Below, piece by piece: positions 12,401-22,571 of a DNA stretch of 64,000 bases. Source of the DNA: a virus. Numbering within the stretch: the stretch's first letter is position 1; each line of letters starts with the position of its first letter. The notes beneath the pieces were generated by a model. The model was not told the origin of the DNA. It did no database searches and saw only the letters and a list, made by a program, of their open reading frames with translations. The DNA is taken from IMG/VR virus record IMGVR_UViG_3300010160_000025, positions 32,001 to 96,000 of that record; one strand, given 5' to 3'. Both the position numbers and the translations under genes were made by a program.

Positions 12401-15400
12401 TATTATCCCATCCACTTGCGGCCATTCTCATATTACCTACACCAGTAGTTAATGTGATTGGAGTTCCTGCCTGTGCTGTGCTGATTGATAAAGTTGGATT
12501 TTGTCCGCTTGTTAAGGCAGTTATGTAATAAATGGTATAAGAGTTTACTCCGCCAAATAGACTAGTTGAGAATGTTCCATTCATAGTACTAATGTTTCCA
12601 ATACTATGTGTAACTACTGTCTTGGCTCCGGTAGTAGTTAGTGTCATTGACCCAGTACCGCCTCCTAATGTCAGCGGTTCCGGGCATGTTCTTGCCTGTA
12701 TTAAACCACTTCTATTAGTCAATATATACGGGTTTGTTTTATCTGAGCTGATTGTAATTTTATTAGTAACAGCATTAATTGTTAAAATATAGTATACAGT
12801 TTCAGGAGCAATGTTACCAAATGTTCTTCCTGCCTGTATTCCGCTGAATATTATAGGTTGTCCTGCAATAAATCCAGTTACGTCATCAACTGTAACTAGG
12901 TTAGTGCTGAACTCTGTATTAGTTACAGTTGTTCTAATAATGCTAGATGCAAGATTAAAGCTGGCAGCATCAACAATATTGCTGATATAATAAACTACGC
13001 CTGGTTGAATTGCCGCGTCAAATATTGTTCCGCTGAACACTACTGGAGTCATTGGCACTAACGACGTTGTTGTGGCTTTTACTTGATTAATAGGAGTACT
13101 AACTGGCGTACCAACAGTTTCAACAGTAGTTAACTTTACAAGAGTCGTAGATATTGTAAAGTTATTTGAGTCAACGATCTCGTTAATATAATAGTTTGTT
13201 CCTAGTACTACACCACCTAATGCTACACCGGTGAACTGTATAGGAATATTTGGAACCATATTTGCAGTTGGTGCTTTAATGTATCCAGAATATCTTGGAT
13301 AAGACATAGTCTGAGAACCAGTTGCTACGTTATTTAGATCAATAGGGTTACCCGATAGCGTAGTTGATATTTGTATTGCATTATTCACATAATCGATATC
13401 GGTAATATAATATTGGTATCCTGGAGTGATGTTAAAAGGACCTTCGCCGAATGTTACTGGCATGTTCAATAATAAACTAGCAGTAGGTATAGAAATGGTG
13501 TTTATAGTACCTCCAGCAGTGGCAGTAGCAACCACAGTGTCAACAGATGTTGATGTTGCCGTTGTTGTATAGTAAGTTGGAATAAACTGTACTGCTTGAT
13601 TTACATACCACGGGCTTACGTCAGTTCCTGATGCCAATGTTAGTAAGTTATTAGCCGGTGTTGAGTTATATGTTGATGTTATTATAGTTAACGGATCATA
13701 ACTTTCTTTTAATACCAGTGCTGTTTTAGTAGCAATACCATTTGAGTCAACTCCAGCGGCATTGTTATAGTATGAAATAAATCCATACTGGCCTGCTCCT
13801 GTTCCTGAGTTAATAAAAACACGCATACCAAGATAGTTATAAAGTCCTTGATCAGTTGATGCTAGTTTAATACTATAAGTGCCACCGTCTTGGGCAGTAT
13901 TTGAGCTATTGGCATATCCTGCTCCGCCGGTAAAACCATTGTTGTCTGTTGTAATCCTTGCATTAAATATTGCTTGACTGCGAGGTTCGTCTCCAGATAA
14001 TACAGCATTAGCACCTGCTCCTACTACTTCATAGTTTGCATATGCTGTAAATCTATTAGTTGTTGTTTCAAGATAGAACTTTGGAGAAACTGTATTGCCT
14101 GATATTTCTACTTGGCTTCCGTAAATTATTGAATAAGTGTTTGCTATAGGTGCATTGGCGCCTTGTGGGAAAAACTTAAATGTTAAAGTATTATTAACGC
14201 CTACTGAGTCACTAACTGAGAACCAAACTCTATACCAACCATTTACTAGAGTTTTTTGTGCGCCATAACTAGTTGGTAATATTCCGCCATTTGCTGAACT
14301 TGTAAGACTTGTTCCGCTATACGGTGTCACTGTGTGACTAGATACGTTATAGTTAATACCGCTGGTCACTGTAGTTGTTCCAGAAAACACAGCTTGAATA
14401 TCAACACTTGCTGATGTTCCTGCATATACATATAGACTTAATGTATATGCTTGACTGCTACCAAAAGGTACAGTTCCTGTTGATGCTGAAATAGTAGAAA
14501 TACTAGTACCTGATAAGTTACCTACAACAATTGTTAAATCATTATCAGTATCTATTCCGCCAAGCACTGACCCTTTAATAAGGATATTATTTCCTGTTTG
14601 ATATAGTGATCCTCCTGTATTTACTGTTACTACATATGCAGTAGGTGTAACGGTAATATTAAATGTTGCACTGTTGCCAGGAGCACCTTCCTGAGTAGCG
14701 CCGCTAATATTAGTATATGTGTACCCTGCTGGATTGATTTCTATAATTTGTTGTATATAGCCTGTACCTTGAGTTCCTGTTGATCCTGTAAGTAACCATG
14801 CTTCTGTATAACCTGTTGGTGCAGTACTATTTTTAATAAACGATAAGTTAGCATCGTTAGTCCAAGTTGTAAGAAACTCATTACTATATTTTAGCATATT
14901 AGTTACAGGTGTATAATATCCTGAACCGGCATTGTTATAGTTTAACTTTAATAGTTGGTCAGTTGTACCAAACGCACTGGTAACAGTAGCTTGAACTTGT
15001 TGTGATTGGTTATTTACTGTTCCGCTTAACGGAACTTCTGTTAAGTCATAGCCTTCACTAACAACTCCAAATGTACCATATGAGCTATTACCGTTGGCTG
15101 AACGAATACGCCCGCCAGCTTCTGCAAAATATCCGGCATAGGCATAGTATGAGAATACTGAAATAGCTTCTGTAATCGCGCCAGGGCCTGTACACCAAAT
15201 ACCAATACCGTCACTTATTACCATGGTATAGTCATTAGATACAATCGATTTACTTCCGCCGTTGTGTAATGTACCATCTATCTTGATGCCAGTGGCGCCA
15301 TCACCAAATACTGTTAAGTTTTGTGCATATGGACTTTTACGAATAATCCAGACACTAGTATCGTTTGGTCCGTTTCCTGGATCTAAACTAGTATATGCAG

Positions 15401-18400
15401 GGCCGGTTGGTCTTGCAGTTGTATATTGATTAACGCCAGTAATTGTTCCTTTTAATCCGTATAATGACAAGTTACGAATGGTTGTTCCGTTACGCATTAA
15501 GAACATGTTCTTTAAACAGTCTCCTGCATAGACTGTCATACTACCGCTGCCGTTTTCAAACTGCACCAGATTTCCGCTAGCAGTAAGTGTTCGAATAGTG
15601 CCGCCTACTGATTGATTAGCCGGTACAAATACATATCCGTCAGCTAAGGGGTATCCTATACATAAAGTAATAGTAGCAATACTATTAACATTTTGAGAGA
15701 AAGCATATACATAGGTATTATTTGCAACGGCAACACCTGTTATTTTCATTCCAACTGCTAGTGATGTAATGTTAATAACATTTGATATAATATTACTGCC
15801 GATAACACCACTGCCTGTAAATGTAAATGTGGGTCCATCATTTATTTGTAATGACGTGCTAGTAATACTACTGCCCACAACATAATATGTTTGTCCTGAT
15901 GTTATTCCGCCAAACGATGTTATTGCATTGTTAACTGGAGGACTAATAAACTGCAATGGCATTTGATCTGTTAATCCCACAGTACTGTTGACAACCATAG
16001 TATTTGCAGTTGCCGGGTTGCCGGTAGCAATAGTGTCAGTACAATACATTGTAATGTTAGTTGCTGGTTGGACTACTGAACTTCGTAGTTCGTCACCAAC
16101 AATTGAAACGTTTTCTGGAATAACAATGGGTAACTGTTCACTGTATGTTCCGGTCTTAACATTAATTATTGCAGTGATTCCTGTGTTAGAACTAGGTACT
16201 AGGTAAGTATTTTGATTAGTTAATGCTGTAGTAACTATAGACATTAGACTTGAAATATTAGTAGCTATATTAGTTTCAGCGGCAAAACTGTTGTTAATAG
16301 TTTGATACACAACACTAGTTGCGGCTACTCCATTAGTTGTTTGATAGTTAACAGCTGGCACAGTATTAGTTACAACACTCTGCATCAATGATAACAAATA
16401 GTTAAGTGCTGGACTGTAATAAACAACAGAGGCTGCGGTTAAACTGTTTATAAACTGATCTTTAGTACCAACAAAGAAATATGATAAGGTAGCCGCGACT
16501 ATTTGACTATTGCCACCTCGTTTTAAATCGTAAATCACTGCATCAATAATTCTTTCAGCATCGCGTTGGGTGTAGTTTATATCCCATAGACTATCTGCAC
16601 TAAATGGACTGTTGTTTTGTTGCATTTGATAAAACATCCATTGTAGCATTTCTGCGACCATAAATCCTTTGTTGGCTTTTAATAATGCCACTGCATTTGG
16701 AAAATAAAATCCTGCTGTGACAGTGTCGCAAGCATATCTAATGCTTTTCCAAGGTTGATCCCATGTTCTACCAAAATGTGCAGAGTCAATACCACTGTAT
16801 GCGTCAACATAGTATACTGATGCTACTACGTTTGTTTTTTTCCAGTTGGGTACGTCAGTTAATACAGCTAATACGTATGTGTCAATCTCGCCAAGTGGAC
16901 TAGTAATAGGCAATACGCTAGGTTTTCCGTCTTTGAATGTTCTTAAATCGCCTTGAACATTTAGCGAGTTATTAAGATCATGTGCAATTAACAGTATCCA
17001 ATTAGATGCTCTAGTATCTTGATCAGGACTGATAGTCAGTGATGACGATTGGTAGTTTATACAGACATATGTACCGTTAGCCCAAGAAACTACATCACCA
17101 ACAAAATAAGTATTTCCAGAAGCCCAGCGATTGGCCCATTGTTGTCCAGGGATTAACAAAGACCAATAGACTGAGTTTATACCAACTAATGATACTACTT
17201 GACCATCAGTTATAGTAGCATCTGGTGCTTTTGATAATGTAATGTAGTGGTTAGTCCCAGTAATAGTGGTTGATGTTGCAGTTTGGTTAGTTGCAACAGT
17301 CCAGGTATTTCCTGATCCAGCACTAATATATGCGCCCGATGTTATACCACTTCCTGAAAGTTCCATGCCAATCTCAAACGTACCAGTGATACTGCCAGAT
17401 AGTGTTAAAACACTAGCATTAGCTAGAATTATTGTAGTCGGTGTTAGAGTACTATATGTTCCAGGGTCAATAGCATAACTCAATGTGATGCTAGTGGTAG
17501 AACTAGCTGTACATAATACAGTAGCATTGGTGTTAAGATTACTGTTGCCGCTTACAACATACTGCACACCAGTAGCTGGCGCAGATGCTTGTGTTGGTAT
17601 TGCATATGTTACTAGATAAGGACCTGTTCCTGTTTTAGATGTAAAGGAACTGATAGTTATACTTGTTGGCGCTGTGAGAGTAGCTGTGGCCGATGCTGTG
17701 TTAGTTACAACAGTTGATACTTTTTGTCCGCTAAAAAAACTATCGCTTGATAGTGTCATTCCTGGAGAAATATTAGTAACGGATGACACATTTAGTTTAG
17801 TTCCTGAACTACCAACAGCAACATAACTAGTACTCACAGTAGCAGTATTAGGATCTTGTGCAGTACTGTTTGCAGTTGCTTTATACAAAAGACCATTACG
17901 TGCTACTAGGTCTCCAGGCATATAACTAGCGCCAGACGTCCAAGTATTTCTTGAGTTGTATCCAATATTAAACAATGACCAGTTGGCAGTACTAGTGTTT
18001 GGAGAGTTACTTAGATTGTTTGCTGTTTTGCTGATGTATGCATTGCCGCCAAACAAGACTGAGTCGCCAATTTGATATGTAGTTGCATTTGACCATATCA
18101 GTTTAAATAACTGCCCTGGAGTATACATACTAAAGTTACTAGCATTGAATGTAGAACTTGCCGAGTGATACTGTGTGCAAATGTAAATATTGCCGTTAAG
18201 TTTAACTAAGTCGTTTAGTTTGTATCGTGTGCCAGAACTCCATGCGCCTTTATAATCAACGCCAGAGTAATATACAGTCCAGTTTGCTGAATTTGTTTCA
18301 AGTCCAAGAATATTATCGGCAGCACTGGTATGATTAGCTGTACATTTATAAACAATGCCGCCATATTTTACAACATCGTTAACACCGTAAATTGTGTTAG

Positions 18401-18773
18401 TAGTCCATGTTGTTTTCCACCCATCAGACTCTGTATATTCAGTCCAGTTTGCCACATCGGCCGCAAAAGTAGTACTAGTATGTGCAGTTGATGAGTAGTA
18501 AACTTTGCCGCCAAAAACAACAATATGTCCGACACCGTATGAGTAGTTAGTTAGCCACGGACCTGTCCATGTCTTACCGTCAACTACCAGTGCCCAGCAA
18601 GGAAAAGTAGCATACAAATCTGTATAAAAATTTGCGCTGGATGTATTTGGAATTAGGCAAGTGTATGCTTTACCGTCATTAAGAATTACATCGTCTCGTG
18701 CGTATACAGTACTAGGAGCCCATGCGCCTGCCCATGTATATCGTAGTCTACCTATCTTAAATTCTGCTGCCAT
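9444..18773 (-). CDS. Giant tail fibre/adhesin-like virion protein (3109 aa) with CBM5/12-like repeats, a beta-helix domain, a beta-propeller and a LamG/ConA-like domain
   Basis: ORF track; AAGGA SD. The N-terminus MAAEFKIGRLRYTW is homologous to the neighbouring giant ORF. LamG signature FTIEFFWRP...WNHVAISRS...GYIDEVRVTRG at ~11380-11770. Thr/Ser/Gly-rich composition. Confidence 0.85.
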   Translation of the reverse strand: MAAEFKIGRLRYTWAGAWAPSTVYARDDVILNDGKAYTCLIPNTSSANFYTDLYATFPCWALVVDGKTWTGPWLTNYSYGVGHIVVFGGKVYYSSTAHTSTTFAADVANWTEYTESDGWKTTWTTNTIYGVNDVVKYGGIVYKCTANHTSAADNILGLETNSANWTVYYSGVDYKGAWSSGTRYKLNDLVKLNGNIYICTQYHSASSTFNASNFSMYTPGQLFKLIWSNATTYQIGDSVLFGGNAYISKTANNLSNSPNTSTANWSLFNIGYNSRNTWTSGASYMPGDLVARNGLLYKATANSTAQDPNTATVSTSYVAVGSSGTKLNVSSVTNISPGMTLSSDSFFSGQKVSTVVTNTASATATLTAPTSITISSFTSKTGTGPYLVTYAIPTQASAPATGVQYVVSGNSNLNTNATVLCTASSTTSITLSYAIDPGTYSTLTPTTIILANASVLTLSGSITGTFEIGMELSGSGITSGAYISAGSGNTWTVATNQTATSTTITGTNHYITLSKAPDATITDGQVVSLVGINSVYWSLLIPGQQWANRWASGNTYFVGDVVSWANGTYVCINYQSSSLTISPDQDTRASNWILLIAHDLNNSLNVQGDLRTFKDGKPSVLPITSPLGEIDTYVLAVLTDVPNWKKTNVVASVYYVDAYSGIDSAHFGRTWDQPWKSIRYACDTVTAGFYFPNAVALLKANKGFMVAEMLQWMFYQMQQNNSPFSADSLWDINYTQRDAERIIDAVIYDLKRGGNSQIVAATLSYFFVGTKDQFINSLTAASVVYYSPALNYLLSLMQSVVTNTVPAVNYQTTNGVAATSVVYQTINNSFAAETNIATNISSLMSIVTTALTNQNTYLVPSSNTGITAIINVKTGTYSEQLPIVIPENVSIVGDELRSSVVQPATNITMYCTDTIATGNPATANTMVVNSTVGLTDQMPLQFISPPVNNAITSFGGITSGQTYYVVGSSITSTSLQINDGPTFTFTGSGVIGSNIISNVINITSLAVGMKITGVAVANNTYVYAFSQNVNSIATITLCIGYPLADGYVFVPANQSVGGTIRTLTASGNLVQFENGSGSMTVYAGDCLKNMFLMRNGTTIRNLSLYGLKGTITGVNQYTTARPTGPAYTSLDPGNGPNDTSVWIIRKSPYAQNLTVFGDGATGIKIDGTLHNGGSKSIVSNDYTMVISDGIGIWCTGPGAITEAISVFSYYAYAGYFAEAGGRIRSANGNSSYGTFGVVSEGYDLTEVPLSGTVNNQSQQVQATVTSAFGTTDQLLKLNYNNAGSGYYTPVTNMLKYSNEFLTTWTNDANLSFIKNSTAPTGYTEAWLLTGSTGTQGTGYIQQIIEINPAGYTYTNISGATQEGAPGNSATFNITVTPTAYVVTVNTGGSLYQTGNNILIKGSVLGGIDTDNDLTIVVGNLSGTSISTISASTGTVPFGSSQAYTLSLYVYAGTSASVDIQAVFSGTTTVTSGINYNVSSHTVTPYSGTSLTSSANGGILPTSYGAQKTLVNGWYRVWFSVSDSVGVNNTLTFKFFPQGANAPIANTYSIIYGSQVEISGNTVSPKFYLETTTNRFTAYANYEVVGAGANAVLSGDEPRSQAIFNARITTDNNGFTGGAGYANSSNTAQDGGTYSIKLASTDQGLYNYLGMRVFINSGTGAGQYGFISYYNNAAGVDSNGIATKTALVLKESYDPLTIITSTYNSTPANNLLTLASGTDVSPWYVNQAVQFIPTYYTTTATSTSVDTVVATATAGGTINTISIPTASLLLNMPVTFGEGPFNITPGYQYYITDIDYVNNAIQISTTLSGNPIDLNNVATGSQTMSYPRYSGYIKAPTANMVPNIPIQFTGVALGGVVLGTNYYINEIVDSNNFTISTTLVKLTTVETVGTPVSTPINQVKATTTSLVPMTPVVFSGTIFDAAIQPGVVYYISNIVDAASFNLASSIIRTTVTNTEFSTNLVTVDDVTGFIAGQPIIFSGIQAGRTFGNIAPETVYYILTINAVTNKITISSDKTNPYILTNRSGLIQARTCPEPLTLGGGTGSMTLTTTGAKTVVTHSIGNISTMNGTFSTSLFGGVNSYTIYYITALTSGQNPTLSISTAQAGTPITLTTGVGNMRMAASGWDNITPGTPPVISLDSTSAYFIEPRTVASAPPYSQTSGTVATSLVGGASFTSVAYGNNYFIAIPTTGTIGASSTDGATWTSIKLPTGITAWSTIAYGNNYWIALGTANGGASIAAYSNSNGLGWRQSSLPSTSTWSKIMYGNGTFVAISSDNTRAAYSTNQGQTWTASSLPSSTPTTLTGTPVISTAQQKFGISSLSLNGSSYVTVASDTRFAYNNEDFTIEFFWRPTALGTQQVLFDQRSTSNDAAIYLEMNTSGNIRLFVNNAYQITSSVACSAGSWNHVAISRSSGITRMFVNGTLTPTTYTDANAYAARPIVIGASRTGGTFATGYIDEVRVTRGVSRYSTTFTPSLFAFTPDANTMLLMHFDDINGSTAITSSIGSWVSLTYGSGIFLAINSNGQSAWSTNGISWTLSTLPTSNVILSGVSIAGGAGQFTCTTTTTQLVVGQSVVITGANLTPSGTYGAVTNGTYYISATDGKSTFVLSDTYAHAIAGTNAITTSSGTPSGLTFSVGAPAYTSVSFGNNKFVAVQSGTGLRSAISFDGANWTQSLNYMSATKVRYGQGVFVAINSDSTSAWASEHGISWTNRTLTYGSIDSIVFGITSSNIGVFATLTGDGSQSGNATAISEGAKAQGRPTINSGVITALSLWETGSNYDPALTTPTISLIDYNVSVSATLTPRVGNGAIANPTFINRGTGYSTTSTVVTITGDGYADTYQIGLNLIVSNLASVPLVGSNLSIAGNSQIYKVTSASAVFGTTAPFIEATIQVSPEMTTAKSPAHGTAIQLRQLYSQCRVTNHDFLLVGTGNKATANYPYTDITTAQIQNQAVETNQGHVFYSSTDENGNFSVGGLFGVQQATGTVTLSATQFGLTGLQTLSLGGIAVGNSSVVVTQFSTDNTFAANSDAIISTQRAVKSYLTGRLSQGGANTYTGNFIAGTISVGGPNYMKSTVAPGLVGSDIKMVNKVYIPGSKVDGGMAALDMFMRSARNR

Positions 18774-18797
18774 GTTATATTTTCCTTATCTCTCTAT

Positions 18798-18805
18798 TAC
18801 TTATC
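18798..18805 (-). promoter_or_regulatory. Variant late promoter box GATAAGTA
   Basis: One mismatch to the box seen elsewhere; equivalent position upstream of the 3109-aa gene. Confidence 0.5.
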
Positions 18806-18813
18806 TGTTTGTT

Positions 18814-19188
18814 TTAACTTACAATTTGGCTTTGATCATATACATATGCTTGATTAATTCTTACCACTAGTTCGCCGTTAGCGTTGATATAGTAATAACA
18901 ATTTTTACCGTCAAATCGATATTGGTCAAATGTTAAATTTGGATAGGGACGACTGTGATCAGTTGCTAATCGACCATCAAAGAAATCAATACCATACTCA
19001 AAATTTTCAAAATTTCCATCGTTTGGTCCCGGTGCATTTAGTGTAATTGTATCAAAATCTTTGAGCTGGTCAATTTTATAAAAATAAAGTGTACCGTCAT
19101 CTGTGCGTTGTAGTCCGTAGAAAAATCTAGGATTACCTTCACCTAATATATCATTTAAACTAAGTTCGCCGCCTGCATAATAAGTCAT
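18814..19188 (-). CDS. Hypothetical virion-associated protein (124 aa)
   Basis: ORF track; AAGGA SD; lies within the tail-fibre operon. Confidence 0.7.
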   Translation of the reverse strand: MTYYAGGELSLNDILGEGNPRFFYGLQRTDDGTLYFYKIDQLKDFDTITLNAPGPNDGNFENFEYGIDFFDGRLATDHSRPYPNLTFDQYRFDGKNCYYYINANGELVVRINQAYVYDQSQIVS

Positions 19189-19199
19189 AATCTTTTCCT

Positions 19200-19544
19200 T
19201 TAAACTATTTCAACGTAGCTCATTACCAAATCTAAACTACTATCAAAGTTTGCACTCATCTTAATACTTGTGGATGGTCCCAATACTAACTTTTCACCGC
19301 CGTTAACTACTCTCAAACTTTGATTAGGCGGTATAACAACTTCTTTTATGAAGTATGCTGTAACTGGACTTCCGCTGTTGCCTGTTGGATCCGTTAATCT
19401 AATATTGGCCAGCACAATACCGTTGGTCATGTTGGTCAAACTAAGACCAATAACAGTAGTCTTTGCGTTTGCGCCTGTGGTTAAGATAGTAGACTCCACT
19501 GTTCCTAAACCTGTTTTTAATACGTTTTTAAAATTCGTTGCCAT
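19200..19544 (-). CDS. Small beta-rich virion protein (114 aa), paralogue of 26203..26520
   Basis: ORF track. Shares the pattern ..N.....V...IK...P.......EK.VL...(D/S).I with the 105-aa ORF. Confidence 0.7.
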   Translation of the reverse strand: MATNFKNVLKTGLGTVESTILTTGANAKTTVIGLSLTNMTNGIVLANIRLTDPTGNSGSPVTAYFIKEVVIPPNQSLRVVNGGEKLVLGPSTSIKMSANFDSSLDLVMSYVEIV

Positions 19545-19551
19545 TTTTCTA

Positions 19552-22434
19552 TTATCCTAACATTATTGCGGACGTGATGCCCAAACTTTCTGCTTCTGCG
19601 GCAGTTACGCCGCCAACTGTTCCTGCTATACCTGACCAATACGTTCCAGTATAGACTTCAACTCTGCCGTCTGTGGTATTATATCTAACCATACCTGTTT
19701 CTACGATTGCGGGTCTAGAATCTGTGTTTCCTACTGGGATAACAAATCCGCCACTGCCACCTATTTTAAAATAACCAGTACCTGTATTTGATATTTCAGT
19801 AACACTGTCAGCAATAATATTACTTATCAAATTTCCCCGAACTTCAAAATTCCCAATTTGTACAGTTGCATCTAGTACTAAATCTGTGCCAGATGTTGTT
19901 GTGGCAATGGTGTTTCCGTCAATTTTAATATTTTCAAACTGTGCGTATCCAGTAGTAGTTAGTGTGCCTGTGATATTAGTAACGCCAGTTTGTATATAAT
20001 CACCAGTTTGTGTGTAGTTACCTGCATGTGCTACAGTGCCCGTTACTGTAGTATTGTTTAGAGTTGTAGTACCATTAACTGTTAGGTCTCTTGTGATAAC
20101 AACATCGTTTGAAGGGATTGATATAATGCCACTACCATTAGCCTCTAATACTAAATTGGTGTTGGGTAAACTTGTGGTAATAGTGTTATTGCTGATATTA
20201 ATACTGCTAACATTTATTTCATTAGTATATAAGTATTTCCATCTTAGACTATTACTGCCCAAGTCATATGTGTTAGTAGTGCTTGGTAATAAATCACTAG
20301 TTACTCCGGCAACAAAACTCACAGAATCAGTTGTTTGATCGCCAACTTGTATATTGCCACCTATGGTAACATTGCCAACTACATCAAGATTTCCTGCAAT
20401 GTTTACATTGTTAGTAAAGTTGATTTGATCGTTAGCACTGGTAATGTTTATAGGGCCAGTTGTACTGCTAAATGTATTACCAGTTAGTCTTAGATTACCT
20501 GTTTCAATTTTTACGCCGTCAATGTAGGTAGTGTTAGCACCGTTGGTAAATGTTACTCCGGCGTCTGATTGAATATTAACACTAGCATCGGTAAACTGCA
20601 CTGTGCCGTTTTGTTGATTAACATAAAATAAATCGCCAACACGGAAATCACCTTTATGATCAACTGAGTTGTAATAAATCTTTGCGCCACTGGCTTCTGT
20701 TATTTCATTGTCTTGAACCACAAATGTTACATCATTATCACTGCGTTTGCCTGCACCAATGTATGCTAAATTATGTCCAATCAAATAAGCAATTACTCCT
20801 GCTCCTACACCATATACTCCATAGTTACCATAAACAGTAGCAGAGCCAATAGCACGGACCTCAACACCAAAATCACTGTAATCAACTAATGTAAACTTGG
20901 TAGCGGTTGCTCCGTTCGTGGTGTTACGAATATCTTGAGATAATGTTCCGCCAACTACTAGTCCTGTGATTTTTCCAGTTAGATAAATTTTTCCGTCAGT
21001 GTCTTTTTTAGCAATAGTTCCGCTGGCTAGTACTGTAACTCCGTCAGTGTCATAGTAACTTACAGTATTGCCAACGTTAAATGTTCCTGTAGTGCCGCTT
21101 AGGCGTAGTGCTGTTTTGCCGGCGTTAGCAAAGCCTGTTGCGCCACTGTATAGATACATGCCTTTATCAGCAAAGTAGCTAAAGCTGTTTAACCACTCAA
21201 CACGAGTACCGTTAGTTGCTGACAGGCATTCTTGATTTGGTGTAAAGAATGTTACACTATGGAATAAGCAGGCAGCTTCTTTGCTGGCAATGTTAGCAAC
21301 TGATCCATCTAATAGAATGCCTTTACCTGCATCATTGCTGTCAAATCCGTAAGGATCTCCCTCACTAGTTACACTACCTCTACTAATAACTGTGACGTTT
21401 CTAACGTATGGACTGCGAGTAGTTACTGTAAAATTGTTAGCAAAACGGAATGCATACCCAGTATTATTTGTAGCATTATATCTGTAACCTGTAATGGTTA
21501 AGTCTTCAACAGTTGTTTCACCGTTGAGCAAAAATGCATCTTTATCCACAGTTCCTACTGTGGGCTGTATAGTTACCGAGCGCAGACTTTCGCCTTTAAC
21601 TGTTACACCCACAGGCACTGTTAAGGGAAATATTTCAGTGTATGTACCTGGGTATAAGAAAATAGTATCTCCGCTGGCGGCTACTGTTATTGCTTTCTTT
21701 AAGCTGGCAAATGGATCGTTTTGATGTGTGCCAGTATTAGTGTCAGTACCGTTAGTAGCAACATAATATATTTTACCCTGGCGTAAAGTTAGTTGTATTC
21801 CGTCAACTGTTAAGTTGTCAGTGGCAATTGCATCACTATGGATTGTATTAACCCAGATATCTGCCCAACGTTTATTACTTGCTCCCAGCGTAAATGTGTT
21901 GTCAGTATTTGGGATTATATTGCTATTGATGTCAGCGTTGAATACAATATTATCTGTATTTGCATCGCCGATTGTAATATCACCGTCTGCTGTGATACTG
22001 CCTGTAGCATGAAGGTTGCCGTGAACAGTGGTGTCTGCAAATAGTTCAACTGTTCCAGTAGGACGTAGTTCTAAATTAGTACCGGCAGTATTAGTTGAAA
22101 TAGTATTAGCATCTAATGTAACTGCATCTATTTTAAGTTTATTTTGGTATACTATTGCGGCACCGTTAAATCCTGTAAGATTTAAAATGCCTGTTGAACT
22201 GCTGAAAGTATTACCAGATATGGTAATATTGCTGACATTTAAAGTGTCAGTTTCTAAATATGTTGTTCTTGTTGTGCCGTTTACCTGCAGGTCATGTGTC
22301 GGTGCGTTAGTGTTCACGCCGATACGCATGTGATTCACATCGAGATATAGAAGGTCTGTCTCAAACGCTAAATCAACTCCGTCACGAAGCAGATTTGCCT
22401 TTAAGAGCGGACCGGAAATTCGACCAATGGACAT
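19552..22434 (-). CDS. Tail fibre/spike-like protein with a pectin-lyase-like beta-helix domain (960 aa)
   Basis: ORF track; AGGAG SD. Motif YYVATNGTD..G....PF.SLKKA....SGDTIFLYPGTYTE; C-terminal P.G.T..RP...G..RYNT...EVY.G..W. Paralogue of 22572..25307. Confidence 0.8.
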   Translation of the reverse strand: MSIGRISGPLLKANLLRDGVDLAFETDLLYLDVNHMRIGVNTNAPTHDLQVNGTTRTTYLETDTLNVSNITISGNTFSSSTGILNLTGFNGAAIVYQNKLKIDAVTLDANTISTNTAGTNLELRPTGTVELFADTTVHGNLHATGSITADGDITIGDANTDNIVFNADINSNIIPNTDNTFTLGASNKRWADIWVNTIHSDAIATDNLTVDGIQLTLRQGKIYYVATNGTDTNTGTHQNDPFASLKKAITVAASGDTIFLYPGTYTEIFPLTVPVGVTVKGESLRSVTIQPTVGTVDKDAFLLNGETTVEDLTITGYRYNATNNTGYAFRFANNFTVTTRSPYVRNVTVISRGSVTSEGDPYGFDSNDAGKGILLDGSVANIASKEAACLFHSVTFFTPNQECLSATNGTRVEWLNSFSYFADKGMYLYSGATGFANAGKTALRLSGTTGTFNVGNTVSYYDTDGVTVLASGTIAKKDTDGKIYLTGKITGLVVGGTLSQDIRNTTNGATATKFTLVDYSDFGVEVRAIGSATVYGNYGVYGVGAGVIAYLIGHNLAYIGAGKRSDNDVTFVVQDNEITEASGAKIYYNSVDHKGDFRVGDLFYVNQQNGTVQFTDASVNIQSDAGVTFTNGANTTYIDGVKIETGNLRLTGNTFSSTTGPINITSANDQINFTNNVNIAGNLDVVGNVTIGGNIQVGDQTTDSVSFVAGVTSDLLPSTTNTYDLGSNSLRWKYLYTNEINVSSINISNNTITTSLPNTNLVLEANGSGIISIPSNDVVITRDLTVNGTTTLNNTTVTGTVAHAGNYTQTGDYIQTGVTNITGTLTTTGYAQFENIKIDGNTIATTTSGTDLVLDATVQIGNFEVRGNLISNIIADSVTEISNTGTGYFKIGGSGGFVIPVGNTDSRPAIVETGMVRYNTTDGRVEVYTGTYWSGIAGTVGGVTAAEAESLGITSAIMLG

Positions 22435-22545
22435 GCGCTCTCCTAATGACCCCGCGTTTCACGGTTAACCGAATTCTCATCCCTTGCGGGCTCTATGCTG
22501 GTTTACCACAGGTTGGTATCGGGGGTTTATTGGTCAAACCCCTCA
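22435..22545 (-). promoter_or_regulatory. Structured 5' leader RNA, cis-regulatory candidate
   Basis: Hairpins GGGGUUU/AAACCCC, UGG-UAAA-CCA and CCC-GCAA-GGG, plus a CCGU..CGG stem. The first loop is complementary to sequences flanking the RBS. Confidence 0.6.
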
Positions 22546-22552
22546 GTAATAT

Positions 22553-22560
22553 TATTTATC
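22553..22560 (-). promoter_or_regulatory. Late promoter box GATAAATA
   Basis: Intergenic; heads the structured leader of the 960-aa gene. Confidence 0.7.
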
Positions 22561-22571
22561 TGTTTGGAGAT

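Noticed and set aside
22435-22545. c-di-GMP-I riboswitch (GGUAAACC and GCGGGGU resemble parts of it)
   Set aside because: The GAAA-tetraloop P2 with GGGACGCAAAGC and the receptor arrangement are missing. Kept only as an unassigned structured leader.
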